Positions 32,803 through 42,391 of a DNA stretch of 64,000 nt are shown here, piece after piece. The DNA lies in the NCBI GenBank assembly GCA_036340235.1, contig JAYYZE010000011.1, positions 39,492 to 103,491 on the forward strand. The letters run 5' to 3'. The stretch is from Bacteroidota bacterium (GTDB taxonomy: Bacteria; Bacteroidota; Bacteroidia; Flavobacteriales; UBA7312). Position numbers and translations under genes: made by a program. The notes below the pieces were generated by a model. The model had not been told where the DNA came from, made no database searches, and was given only the letters and a program-made list of their open reading frames with translations. Position 1 is the first letter of the stretch. Each line of letters opens with the position of its first letter.

Positions 32803-34494
32803 TCACAGTCTAAAAGAAAGACCAAAAAACACTTGTGGCCCTAGCACGGGATAGTTTTCCCAAATTTGATAACCACCAATCATATTATAACCTTTAAAAT
32901 AAGCAGAAATATTCGGGTTATATTTGTATTCCAAGCTTAAGTTAAAATCGATAATATCTTTTAAACCAGGAGTACTTGATTCAGACGCAGTTTTAGACCT
33001 ATTAAAAGAGGTAAAAAACTGGATTTGTGGAAGTATTTTATCACCCAAATTAAAATTGGCTTTTAGCTTTGTAATAAGAGTTGGTTTGTAGGTAAAACTT
33101 TGAATAGAGTCTGTTTGGTAGTTGTGATAATCGACAGACAGATTAATTATGCTTTTTTCATTTAGCTTCCAATCTATGACTGCCGATGTGGTAAAATGAC
33201 TAGCGTTATCATACACAACTCTAAACTTGTTAGCATAGGTCGATTGATAATCCAATTCAAAAAAGGGCATTTCATGCACTCTGGAATAGCTGCACTCTGC
33301 ATCAAAGTAGAGTTCATAGCCAAGATAAGTGCTGATAGCGACGTACAGATCGTAAAGTGTTTTGGTATTTTGTAGGTTTAAACCTGCCCCATCATAAGCT
33401 AATGCGTTTAAAATAAACGGATTAGATTTACTAAATGACCAGTAAGAATTTTTTTGCAAACCACCCCTTAAGCCTGATTTTGCGTTTATGTAATCTTTGG
33501 AGATAACATAGCCGTAGTGAATATCTGGAAATAGATGAACTTTAATGTCTGAGCTGTTACGCTTATCCTCAGATTGCAACTCAAATCCTAAAGACAACGT
33601 ACCCCCTTTTACTTCTTTTTCTACAGATGGCTTGACAGTAAAAATTAACTCCTTTTTTAAACTATCAACAAATTGGTATTTTGTGGATAGGTTGTTTATG
33701 TAGTAGTCTAGACCAACATCCAAGGATAAATCGTTTTCTGCATGACGTTTATCAAGCTCTAAAAACCAAGCAATACGATTTTCAGTGTATTCGTTCAGAT
33801 CAGACATCAAAAATTTTGTCACATATCCTGGAAAAGAATTTGAACTTTGTTTACTTTCCAAAGTAAAACTCAATGATGAATAACCCCAATATTGATTAGT
33901 CCACTCATCATTAATTTCATATTGTATTGGGTTATAACCATATGCTTGATGTTGACGACCTTGCCTTTGAACTTGTGCACTCAGAACACCAAAATCTAGA
34001 TTTGTTTTAGCAAATATTGAGGCGTCGATTTTTCTGAAAGCAGCAGACACTTTTTGAAGTTCATCAAAGCGACTCTTAATCTTAGCATATGATTCCACAT
34101 AGCCTAATTCGAGGGCATAAATAACTGATTTATCTCTATCAGAGTTATAATATATTCGTGAGGTTGGCATGCTCATATTACCCACTCCACCATAAACATA
34201 TGTTCTATATATTTTAGGAATTTGTTGGCCTTTTATTTTAGCCGCTTTTATCGGGTTTAGCTTCAATTTACTTTGAAATTGTTTATTATGTGGCTGAAAA
34301 CTGACATTGTGTGATGTTTTGATGGTGTCTTTAAGCATTGGGATACTTTCTATTTTAGAAGAAAGCGGTATTTGCGGAATAAAATAATCGGTAATTTGAA
34401 CTTCTTGAACGCCTAAGTCATCGGAATTAGTCTGAGCCCATATAAATTGGGACAATACCAATAGTGTACTTATGAGGATTATATTATTCTTCAT
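32803..34494 (-). CDS. predicted outer-membrane beta-barrel protein (putative-porin-like), uncharacterized
   Basis: Preferred start at 34494 gives MKNNIILISTLLVLSQFIWAQ as the signal peptide. The body is rich in alternating aromatic/polar strands and ends VFFGLSFRL. It overlaps the upstream TPR gene by 11 nt. Confidence 0.5.
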   Translation of the reverse strand: MKNNIILISTLLVLSQFIWAQTNSDDLGVQEVQITDYFIPQIPLSSKIESIPMLKDTIKTSHNVSFQPHNKQFQSKLKLNPIKAAKIKGQQIPKIYRTYVYGGVGNMSMPTSRIYYNSDRDKSVIYALELGYVESYAKIKSRFDELQKVSAAFRKIDASIFAKTNLDFGVLSAQVQRQGRQHQAYGYNPIQYEINDEWTNQYWGYSSLSFTLESKQSSNSFPGYVTKFLMSDLNEYTENRIAWFLELDKRHAENDLSLDVGLDYYINNLSTKYQFVDSLKKELIFTVKPSVEKEVKGGTLSLGFELQSEDKRNSSDIKVHLFPDIHYGYVISKDYINAKSGLRGGLQKNSYWSFSKSNPFILNALAYDGAGLNLQNTKTLYDLYVAISTYLGYELYFDAECSYSRVHEMPFFELDYQSTYANKFRVVYDNASHFTTSAVIDWKLNEKSIINLSVDYHNYQTDSIQSFTYKPTLITKLKANFNLGDKILPQIQFFTSFNRSKTASESSTPGLKDIIDFNLSLEYKYNPNISAYFKGYNMIGGYQIWENYPVLGPQVFFGLSFRL

Positions 34495-37400
34495 TTTCAA
34501 AAATGGTTTCTTCTTCAAAAAGCTCGCTTAAAGTAATATCATCCAATAAATCAATGATGATTTCTCTACTTTGCGTCTCGTTTTCTTTTTGACTTTCTAA
34601 TCGTTCAATGGTCTCAATTTTGGATTGACACACTGCTTTTAGCTCGTCATCTCCATCATAGTTTTCAATGATACTGTTGAGCGTGGCCCTAGACTGAAAA
34701 TAATTTTCTTTTTCTAAATAAATATCAGCCAAAAGGATGAAGCCCTTAGCTATAAAATAGTCGCTGAAATAGGATTCCGAAAGCTCGAATATGGCCGATT
34801 CACATGCTACAAAATCATCTTGTAAAAAGAACAGATAAGCCAGTTGATATTTAGCCTCAGCCCCCGACTCTAAGGTCGATTTATCAGCTATAATTTTATA
34901 TTCTTTTTGTGCCAAATGAAATTCGGAATTGCTGTAATGACTATTGGCAACGAATAGTCTTGCTTGACATTCCGTCTCCGCATTTATCTTTTTTAACTTT
35001 AACACTTCGTTGGCAAATTCTAAGGTGCTAGATGAAACATTCAGTTTGTTGTAACAAATAAATAAATTAATGGTGGATTCTCTTTTTAAATTATTGTCTT
35101 GTGCCGTCGTCAACAACTTGGCGTAATACAGTGCCGCGCTTCCATATTCATCTTTTTCAAAACTTAGTCTGGCTAAGCGCGTTAACGCACGCTCTGTAAA
35201 TGCATTATCAGGAAATTCTAGCACGGTGATATAATCTTCCACAGATAAATTGGGAGATTTAGCATGTAAACATTCGGCTCTGTAATAGCTAGCATTTAGT
35301 TTGAAAAGCGCTTGCTTAAAAGAATCCAGATAATCAGAAAAAGCAATAATGGCCTTTTCACATTTTTGACTGAGATATAGGTTTTCGGCGGCCTCATAGG
35401 TCAAAGAGTCTTTGATAGCGACATCAATGATTACATCAGTTAACCCTTCTACATAATCGAAATAGGCACTTACATCGCCCTGTTCCACTGAAATGTTTTT
35501 GTAAGCCGTCAGGGCTTCCTTCGACTCATTAGTATTTGGGTAATTTTCTATTACCTCTTTAAAATGACTTATCGCTAATTCAATATTATCACTGTTATAG
35601 TAGTTGAGCCCCATTTGCAGTACGGATTGTTTGACAAGCGGGCTGGACGGATGCACTTCTTTCAATTGTTTCAACAATTGTAAGGATGATTGTAAGTCTC
35701 CTAAATTCAGATAAAGTGTACTTAAATCCATCATAGCATCATCATGATAGGCGGAACTGATAAATTCATTGACCAAGCGATTTAATACTGTTTTCTTTTT
35801 GTTGTTTTGGGCTGTTAAGCCAAAACACAGAGATTGCTGATATAGAGCATAATCTATGTCAAAAGCAGCAAACTGAACCGATTGGGAGTAATATGCTTGT
35901 GCTTTTCTATAATCCCTTTGCATATAATAGGAATCACCAATACGTAAATTAGCATCAGTAAGTTTAGCAGTATCGGTTGTGTTTTTAACGAACTTTCTAA
36001 ACCACTTGGCCGAATAACTATAATTTGCTGAAAGGAAATAAGAATAAGCCAACCCATACTGAGCGTCTTTGTACTCATCTAGCTGGTAGGCACCATCTTT
36101 TAACAAAAACTGGGCATATAACTCAATAGCTTTCGAAAAATCTTGAGATTGGTAGAAGGCTTCGGCCATCCAATAATTGGCCAAGGCTGTGATTATAGTG
36201 TTTTGTGGTTCATCTAAAGATGTTTCAAACCATGTTATGGATTCTTCAAAATCCTTATTGATGAAATACTCCAACGCCAAATAATAACTCAGTTTTTGAA
36301 AAACTGCTTTTTGCTCAAGATTCAAACTTTCAAGCTTTAATAAATTGTTCACTGCCGATTTGTAATCTCTTGTCTTGGTGTATGACTTAATAAGTAGTTC
36401 GTTTACTTCGCTAATATTAGAAGACAAAGGAAAGTCATTGATATAATCTTCTATGATATCAAGGGCATTTTCATAGCTGTCTTGCTTTTGAAAAACCAAT
36501 TTAACCAAATTGTAAGCTGCGTCCTCTTTTAGGGTGTAATCAAAATTTATACTGGAGGCATACTTAAATGCATTAATGGCCTTTTGTTGCTCCCCTAATT
36601 TAAGATAGGTCTTAGCTAGTTGGTGAGCCGCGTACTGAGATAGGCTATCTTTTTCAATTATAAGTTGTTCGAATTGACCAATAGCTTCTTCGAAATTTTG
36701 AAGGTAAAAATACGAATTGGCAAGATAATACTGTTCTGAGCGATCCAAGCCATCGTTGTGGCTCAAAAATCGTTGAAAATATTCAACCGATTTGGTGTAA
36801 TTGTTCAACCTATAATAAGCACTAGCAATAAGCCTAATTAGCTCACCATCCCTTTTTTTATTGATGCTATTTTCCAATAAAGGTTCAGCAAAATCAATTA
36901 AGTCACTATAACGGCTTTGATAGTAGTATATTTGTGCTATGTAATAACTGCTAATCAGACCAAGCTTTGGTGTGTTTACTATTTTTTCAAATTCATTGAT
37001 GGCTGTGGCGTAATTACCCTCTTTATATGCCATATGACCCAAGCAATAAGTTGTGAGGTCTGAATAGGTGAATTTTGTTTTATTGATATCAAAGAACGCT
37101 AGCTTTGATGATTCATAATCTTCAATAACAAAATAAGAATATCCTAACCTAAAATAGAACATAGCTTCCTGCTCAGTGCTCAAGCCATACACATTGACCA
37201 TTTTCATCATAGCAATGGCTTTTTCGAATTGTTTATTTCTGTAATAAATGTTGGACAGTCCTAAATAGGATTGATTGACGTATTTTCCGTTCGGGTAATC
37301 ACTAATATAGTTTTGAAAACGTAATTCAGATTCATCATTGAACAACTGCATAGAACAATACGCTTTTTGATATTTTGACCACTCCAGATCTTTTTCAGAA

Positions 37401-37552
37401 ATAGATGGACAGTCATTTAGAGCATTACACATATAATATACCACAGCGAACTGCTTTTTATCAAGCATATCTTTTGCTAATTCGATGTTACAATTCTGCG
37501 CAAAAAGCGACTGGGCAAAGACAGATAACCAAATGAATAAAAGGGCTCTCAA
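34484..37552 (-). CDS. large tetratricopeptide-repeat protein (1022 aa), exported
   Basis: Signal peptide MRALLFIWLSVFAQSLFAQ. Contains dozens of TPR-like A..Y/F..A..F helices (for example AIAMMKMV...EAMFYFRLGYSYF, AQIYYYQSRY). The tail is acidic (EETIFENEE). Confidence 0.8.
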   Translation of the reverse strand: MRALLFIWLSVFAQSLFAQNCNIELAKDMLDKKQFAVVYYMCNALNDCPSISEKDLEWSKYQKAYCSMQLFNDESELRFQNYISDYPNGKYVNQSYLGLSNIYYRNKQFEKAIAMMKMVNVYGLSTEQEAMFYFRLGYSYFVIEDYESSKLAFFDINKTKFTYSDLTTYCLGHMAYKEGNYATAINEFEKIVNTPKLGLISSYYIAQIYYYQSRYSDLIDFAEPLLENSINKKRDGELIRLIASAYYRLNNYTKSVEYFQRFLSHNDGLDRSEQYYLANSYFYLQNFEEAIGQFEQLIIEKDSLSQYAAHQLAKTYLKLGEQQKAINAFKYASSINFDYTLKEDAAYNLVKLVFQKQDSYENALDIIEDYINDFPLSSNISEVNELLIKSYTKTRDYKSAVNNLLKLESLNLEQKAVFQKLSYYLALEYFINKDFEESITWFETSLDEPQNTIITALANYWMAEAFYQSQDFSKAIELYAQFLLKDGAYQLDEYKDAQYGLAYSYFLSANYSYSAKWFRKFVKNTTDTAKLTDANLRIGDSYYMQRDYRKAQAYYSQSVQFAAFDIDYALYQQSLCFGLTAQNNKKKTVLNRLVNEFISSAYHDDAMMDLSTLYLNLGDLQSSLQLLKQLKEVHPSSPLVKQSVLQMGLNYYNSDNIELAISHFKEVIENYPNTNESKEALTAYKNISVEQGDVSAYFDYVEGLTDVIIDVAIKDSLTYEAAENLYLSQKCEKAIIAFSDYLDSFKQALFKLNASYYRAECLHAKSPNLSVEDYITVLEFPDNAFTERALTRLARLSFEKDEYGSAALYYAKLLTTAQDNNLKRESTINLFICYNKLNVSSSTLEFANEVLKLKKINAETECQARLFVANSHYSNSEFHLAQKEYKIIADKSTLESGAEAKYQLAYLFFLQDDFVACESAIFELSESYFSDYFIAKGFILLADIYLEKENYFQSRATLNSIIENYDGDDELKAVCQSKIETIERLESQKENETQSREIIIDLLDDITLSELFEEETIFENEE

Positions 37553-37647
37553 CGAAATTACAGTTTCAGCTAAATTATTAAAGATAAGCTCTAACGAATG
37601 TGTTATATCAAGAAGTTATTAACAGAACCGTTGTGTAAAAAGAGGCC

Positions 37648-37677
37648 TTGGCAAAAAGACTAAAAAAAGTAATTTTG
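37648..37677 (+). promoter_or_regulatory. Bacteroidetes-type promoter for ftsE (TTG-N19-TAATTTTG)
   Basis: TTG at 37648-37650, a 19-nt spacer, then TAATTTTG at 37670-37677. The -7 box ends 1 nt before the track ATG at 37679. Confidence 0.5.
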
Positions 37678-37696
37678 TATGACAAACAGCGATTTT

Positions 37697-38371
37697 ATGC
37701 CATTAGTTGAATTAAAAAACGCGGACATCTTTCAGCAAAATAGTCTAATACTTAACAAAGTGTCTTTTACAATAAAAGCCTCTGAATTCGTATATCTAAT
37801 TGGACCCACTGGAAGTGGAAAAAGCAGTTTGCTTAAAACCCTTTATGCCGACTTACCTCTAAAAAATGGTCAAGCAGAAGTGGTCGATTATCAACTTTTA
37901 AACATTAAGCAATCCATTGTCCCATATTTAAGAAGAAAAATAGGCATTGTTTTTCAGGACTTTCAACTTCTTACTGACCGATCCGTTTATGAAAATTTAG
38001 AATTTGTACTTTTCGCCACTGGCTGGAATAATAAACTACAGATTAAAGAACGAATTGAAGAAACGCTAACTAAGGTCAATATGCAAGACCACATTTACAA
38101 AATGCCTTTCGAGCTTTCAGGTGGAGAGCTTCAAAGAATATGTATTGGCAGGGCATTGCTTAACAAACCAAAATTAATTCTTGCTGATGAACCCACAGGT
38201 AACCTTGACCCTGCAACGACTGACAACATTTTGACACTTATACACGATTTATGCACTGATGGTTGCGCTGTTTTGATGGCTACACACGAACACAACTTAT
38301 TAGAACGGTTTCCCGCCAAAATTTTAAAATGTAACGATGGTCAGTTAACAGTAATTGACCAACAGAAATGA
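37697..38371 (+). CDS. ftsE: cell-division-type ABC ATPase FtsE
   Basis: Walker A GPTGSGKSS, signature LSGGELQR, Walker B LILADEPTGNLD. The FtsE-like N-terminus MPLVELKNA begins at 37697. The track ATG at 37679 probably lies upstream of the transcription start (see the promoter feature). Confidence 0.8.
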   Translation: MPLVELKNADIFQQNSLILNKVSFTIKASEFVYLIGPTGSGKSSLLKTLYADLPLKNGQAEVVDYQLLNIKQSIVPYLRRKIGIVFQDFQLLTDRSVYENLEFVLFATGWNNKLQIKERIEETLTKVNMQDHIYKMPFELSGGELQRICIGRALLNKPKLILADEPTGNLDPATTDNILTLIHDLCTDGCAVLMATHEHNLLERFPAKILKCNDGQLTVIDQQK

Positions 38372-39492
38372 GTGAAAATAAAGCCCTTCACATTCTCGCT
38401 TTCAACATCCCCTATCCTGCTAACTATGGTGGCGCTATTGACGTATTTCATAAAATAGTAGCACTAAAAAAGGCCGGTGTAGAGGTTCACCTACATTGCT
38501 TTGAATACGGAAGGAAACACGCTAACATTTTGGAGAATTATTGTAAATCCGTTCATTATTACAAACGAAAAAGTGGGCTAAGGCATGTCTTATCTAATAC
38601 GCCATACTTTGTACAAACACGCTCCAATCAATCGTTAGTTGAGTACTTAACAGCGCATCCTTACCCTATTTTATCGGAAGGCATCCACTGCTCAAAAAAT
38701 GTGCTAATTCCACTATTGAAAAATAGAAAGAAATACCTAAGGGCTCATAATGTAGAAACTGACTACTATTTGGAATTGTCAAAAAGTGAACCAAACTTCT
38801 GGAAAAGACTTTATTTTTTTACTGAATACCTCAAACTGAAACAATACGAAAAGAAAGTAGCCCTATTTGATGGCGTTTTTTCTATAAGCATGAGCGATCA
38901 TGCGTATTTCAAAAATAGATGCCAATCGAATTACATAAAGGCCTTTCATTCTAACACCGAGATTTTGTCCAAATTAGGAATGGGTACTTTTGCACTATAT
39001 CATGGCAATTTATCCCTTCAAGAAAACATCAAAGCCGCACTGTTTTTAATAAAGAAAGTATTTGCCTTCACCGACTATCCATTTATCATTGCAGGAAAAA
39101 GACCGTGTCCAACCGTTTTAGAGGCAGTGAAAAAATATTCTCACATTAAGTTAATCAAAAATCCGTCAGCCCAACATATGAATGAGTTAATTGCAGAGGC
39201 CCACATGTGCTTACTGCCAACTCATCAAAAAACAGGCATAAAACTAAAACTGATTGAATCGCTACACAGAGGCAGGTTTTGTGTTGCCAATCATGCTATG
39301 ATAAATAATACGGAATTAGCCCCATATTGTTATGCCGCAAATTCGGCAAATGAATGGTTGAAAATTATAAACACCCTAAAGCATAAAGACTTTAACTCCG
39401 AACTTTTAATTCAAAGAAAGCAAATAAGTACTGTTTTTAATAACGACAGGGAAGCCCTAAAACTAATTGAAATTATTTTTGAAAAAAAATAG
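38368..39492 (+). CDS. glycosyltransferase (GT1/GT4-like fold)
   Basis: 374 aa. N-terminus is HILAFNIPYPANYGGAIDVFHKIVALKKAGVEV. Its start overlaps the ftsE stop as ATGA. Confidence 0.65.
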   Translation: MSENKALHILAFNIPYPANYGGAIDVFHKIVALKKAGVEVHLHCFEYGRKHANILENYCKSVHYYKRKSGLRHVLSNTPYFVQTRSNQSLVEYLTAHPYPILSEGIHCSKNVLIPLLKNRKKYLRAHNVETDYYLELSKSEPNFWKRLYFFTEYLKLKQYEKKVALFDGVFSISMSDHAYFKNRCQSNYIKAFHSNTEILSKLGMGTFALYHGNLSLQENIKAALFLIKKVFAFTDYPFIIAGKRPCPTVLEAVKKYSHIKLIKNPSAQHMNELIAEAHMCLLPTHQKTGIKLKLIESLHRGRFCVANHAMINNTELAPYCYAANSANEWLKIINTLKHKDFNSELLIQRKQISTVFNNDREALKLIEIIFEKK

Positions 39493-40540
39493 TTTTTAAA
39501 ATCGCCTCTTCTTTTTGCCAATGGCACTCATTAATAGCCTGTTCAAAGTAATAGGCATCCATTGCTTGAGTCATTTCCCTAATCTGAAGCGCTATTTTTT
39601 CGGGATTTCTGTCTACTAAAAAGTCACCAACTGGGTAGGTTTCAAGCACTTTTTGGACTTCTAGTAAAGGACTAGCCAGCACAGGCGTTTGGGCATGAAT
39701 GTAGTCATAGAGTTTATTGGGCAAACAATATTGAAAACTTAAACCATAGGGCTCTTCAAACAGTACGCCTATGGAAGCTTGACGTGTGTGTTTTTGCATA
39801 TCATCGTAATTCATTCGACCATAAAACACCACTCGTTGAGCAACACCTTCTTTGACAGCTAATGCTTTTAACCCATTGAACCCTGGGCCATTGCCTATAA
39901 TTTTAAGCTCAAAATCTGGTAAATACACCATACATTTAATGGCCAAGTCTATACCTCTACCAGGATTCATGTTTCCTTGATATATAATACTTTTCGTTTT
40001 GGTTGTAGCAGGGTAAGATTGTCGAAGCGGAACGTTTTTGATAACCTTCATTTTTATACCATATGCCTCATTGTAATGGTGAGCTATGGAATCGCAAACT
40101 GTGTAAGCGTGTTTCAGCTTAGGCAAAAAAAATGACTCAATGCCCTTCCATATTTTCTTTTTAAATGGACGCGTCATTAGTTCAGGTACTTCTGTAAACA
40201 ATTCATGGCTATCAAACACCAAGTTCGATCCCTTGACTAATGAAGCAAAATAATTGGCTGGTAAGGTGTCCAAATCATTACTCAACAATGTGTTACATGG
40301 TTTGAACAACAATAGAAAACACAATCGGATGTTAAATTCCAAATAAAACATGGGACCAGTGAAAAATACGGTTTTGATGCGATGCGTTTTATATTCCCTT
40401 TTTAAAGGCTTACTCCAAGAGTGTAAGCGACCTATCAGCTCCACTTCAAAACCCATGGATAACAAAGAGCGACAGACTTTATAAACGCGCTGATCGGTAC
40501 TAATATCGTTTGTTACGGAAACTATGACTTTCTTTCTCAC
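39473..40540 (-). CDS. glycosyltransferase family 4-like
   Basis: The GTG at 40540 gives MRKKVIVSVTNDISTDQRVYKVCRSLLSMGFEV. The track start at 40609 would abut murB with no promoter space. The C-terminal half has GT-B features (GNGPG...VVFYGRM...FEEPYGLS). Confidence 0.65.
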   Translation of the reverse strand: MRKKVIVSVTNDISTDQRVYKVCRSLLSMGFEVELIGRLHSWSKPLKREYKTHRIKTVFFTGPMFYLEFNIRLCFLLLFKPCNTLLSNDLDTLPANYFASLVKGSNLVFDSHELFTEVPELMTRPFKKKIWKGIESFFLPKLKHAYTVCDSIAHHYNEAYGIKMKVIKNVPLRQSYPATTKTKSIIYQGNMNPGRGIDLAIKCMVYLPDFELKIIGNGPGFNGLKALAVKEGVAQRVVFYGRMNYDDMQKHTRQASIGVLFEEPYGLSFQYCLPNKLYDYIHAQTPVLASPLLEVQKVLETYPVGDFLVDRNPEKIALQIREMTQAMDAYYFEQAINECHWQKEEAILKTIFFQK

Positions 40541-40587
40541 GATTGCGAAAATACACAAAATGAAAGTAGTGGTATCGTAAGTATTTT

Positions 40588-40595
40588 TAACTTTG
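40588..40595 (+). promoter_or_regulatory. -7 box TAACTTTG upstream of murB
   Basis: TAACTTTG followed by the 13-nt A-rich leader AAAAAAAATAGCA and then the TTG start at 40609. No clear -33 element. Confidence 0.35.
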
Positions 40596-40608
40596 AAAAA
40601 AAATAGCA

Positions 40609-41607
40609 TTGAAACAGAATTTTCCTCTACAATCCCTCAATACCTTTGGTATTCGGGCAAGTGCCGAGTATTTCGCATCGTTTTCCTCCATCGAGGAGCT
40701 CGTACATTTGTTACATCAAGCCACTGACCCAATTATGGTTCTTGGGGGTGGTAGCAATATATTACTTACCCAAGATGTGAAAGGCACCATTCTTAAAAAT
40801 GAAATATTAGGCATTTCCATCATTGAAGAGGACGATTCCATGGCTATTGTAAAAGTGGGCGGTGGAGTTGTATGGCATGACTTTGTGATGTGGAGTATTT
40901 CTCAACGCTTATCAGGCATCGAAAACTTGTCATTAATCCCAGGTAGCGTTGGCGCTGCACCTATGCAAAACATTGGGGCTTATGGCGTGGAAATTACCTC
41001 CGTTTTTAAAGAACTAAAGGCCGTTAATATCGATAGTCATTGCATAAAAATATTTAACAAAAGTGAATGCCAGTTTGGCTATCGTAATTCGATTTTTAAA
41101 ACCACGCTAAAAAACCAATACATTATATGTAACGTCACTTTTCAGTTAAACAAACATCACCATTTTAACACCTCTTATGGCGCCATAGAAAAAGAACTGC
41201 GTAACATGAACCAAACAGCTAGTTTGGAAAGCATTAGTCAAGCGATTATTAACATTAGGCAAAGTAAACTGCCCGACCCCAAGAACATTGGCAATAGTGG
41301 TAGCTTTTTCAAAAACCCAACGATTAGCAATGAGCAGTTTGAAACGCTAAAAGCGAGTTTTCCAAAAATTGTCGGATACCCCATCGAAAAAGGTAAAACA
41401 AAAGTCGCTGCTGGCTGGTTAATCGAACATGCTGGCTGGAAAGGTTTCCGAAATGGAGATGCTGGCGTTCACCAAAATCAAGCGCTCGTATTGGTCAACT
41501 ATGGAAAAGCAAAAGGTCAAGAAATACTATCACTATCGAAAAAAATACAGAACTCTGTTTTTGATAAATTTGGTATTGCACTAGAAACAGAAGTGAATGT
41601 TATTTAA
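40609..41607 (+). CDS. murB: UDP-N-acetylmuramate dehydrogenase
   Basis: 332 aa with an apparent TTG start. LNTFGI..., the FAD-binding GGGSNIL, and GSFFKNP. Confidence 0.9.
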   Translation: MKQNFPLQSLNTFGIRASAEYFASFSSIEELVHLLHQATDPIMVLGGGSNILLTQDVKGTILKNEILGISIIEEDDSMAIVKVGGGVVWHDFVMWSISQRLSGIENLSLIPGSVGAAPMQNIGAYGVEITSVFKELKAVNIDSHCIKIFNKSECQFGYRNSIFKTTLKNQYIICNVTFQLNKHHHFNTSYGAIEKELRNMNQTASLESISQAIINIRQSKLPDPKNIGNSGSFFKNPTISNEQFETLKASFPKIVGYPIEKGKTKVAAGWLIEHAGWKGFRNGDAGVHQNQALVLVNYGKAKGQEILSLSKKIQNSVFDKFGIALETEVNVI

Positions 41608-41674
41608 ACAATCAGCGTAATTTCTACAATTATCAGCAAATATTTAACTTTACGTCAATCGCAAATGTTTGTAA

Positions 41675-42391
41675 TTATCTGGATTTCGATTTAAGCGTAT
41701 ACTGGTATTTAATTCCAAATATTTGGGTACGCTTTGGCTCACTGACAGAACGCTTGTCTTCGATGCGATAGAAAGCCGCTATTTCACCTGCTTTTTTAAA
41801 ATGGTAAGAGGTGCCAATAGAATAACGCACTTTGGAAATACCATTTTCTAAGTTGGGATTATGAAATAATTCAGCTGAAAGCGATGGCCTAAAGTCAGAT
41901 TGTTTGATGTTGTATGAAAGGGCAGTTTTAAACCTGTAAGTTGTACGCTCCACAGCATCTGGGATATTCAACTCTGTTTTAGACTGATAGCGTAAACGGT
42001 ACTTGAGAGCAAATCGTTGCACAGGTAATTTATACATCAAATCGCCGTTCCATCTAAAGTGGTTTTCATAGCCCTGCATCTTTCCCTGATTGTCGTTTTC
42101 TCTGATGTAACGAGCCCCAGTGCCCACTGATATATTATTTTTGAACTTGTATCGCACTCCCAATTGGGTAAAGTAAACATCGAATTGACTAGAATTTTCT
42201 TTCAAACGAAGCTGTTGGTTAAGATCAACTTTCCAGCGAGAATCTATGGCATAACTAAAACTGGTAGACGTCCAGGTTTCAAAGTCTTTTTCTAGCTCAA
42301 CAGCTTGCTCTTGAGCCATACTTATGCTTGCAACAAACAAAAAAGTGAACACCCATGCACTACGAAAAAGTAAGCTAAGCATCTGCCTCAT
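41675..42391 (-). CDS. DUF2490-like outer-membrane protein
   Basis: 238 aa with a signal peptide ending SMAQE. Repeated R-Y/R-F beta-strand pattern (LGVRYKF..., ARYIREND..., HFRWNGDLMYKL, LRYQSK). The family call is from memory. Confidence 0.55.
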   Translation of the reverse strand: MRQMLSLLFRSAWVFTFLFVASISMAQEQAVELEKDFETWTSTSFSYAIDSRWKVDLNQQLRLKENSSQFDVYFTQLGVRYKFKNNISVGTGARYIRENDNQGKMQGYENHFRWNGDLMYKLPVQRFALKYRLRYQSKTELNIPDAVERTTYRFKTALSYNIKQSDFRPSLSAELFHNPNLENGISKVRYSIGTSYHFKKAGEIAAFYRIEDKRSVSEPKRTQIFGIKYQYTLKSKSR

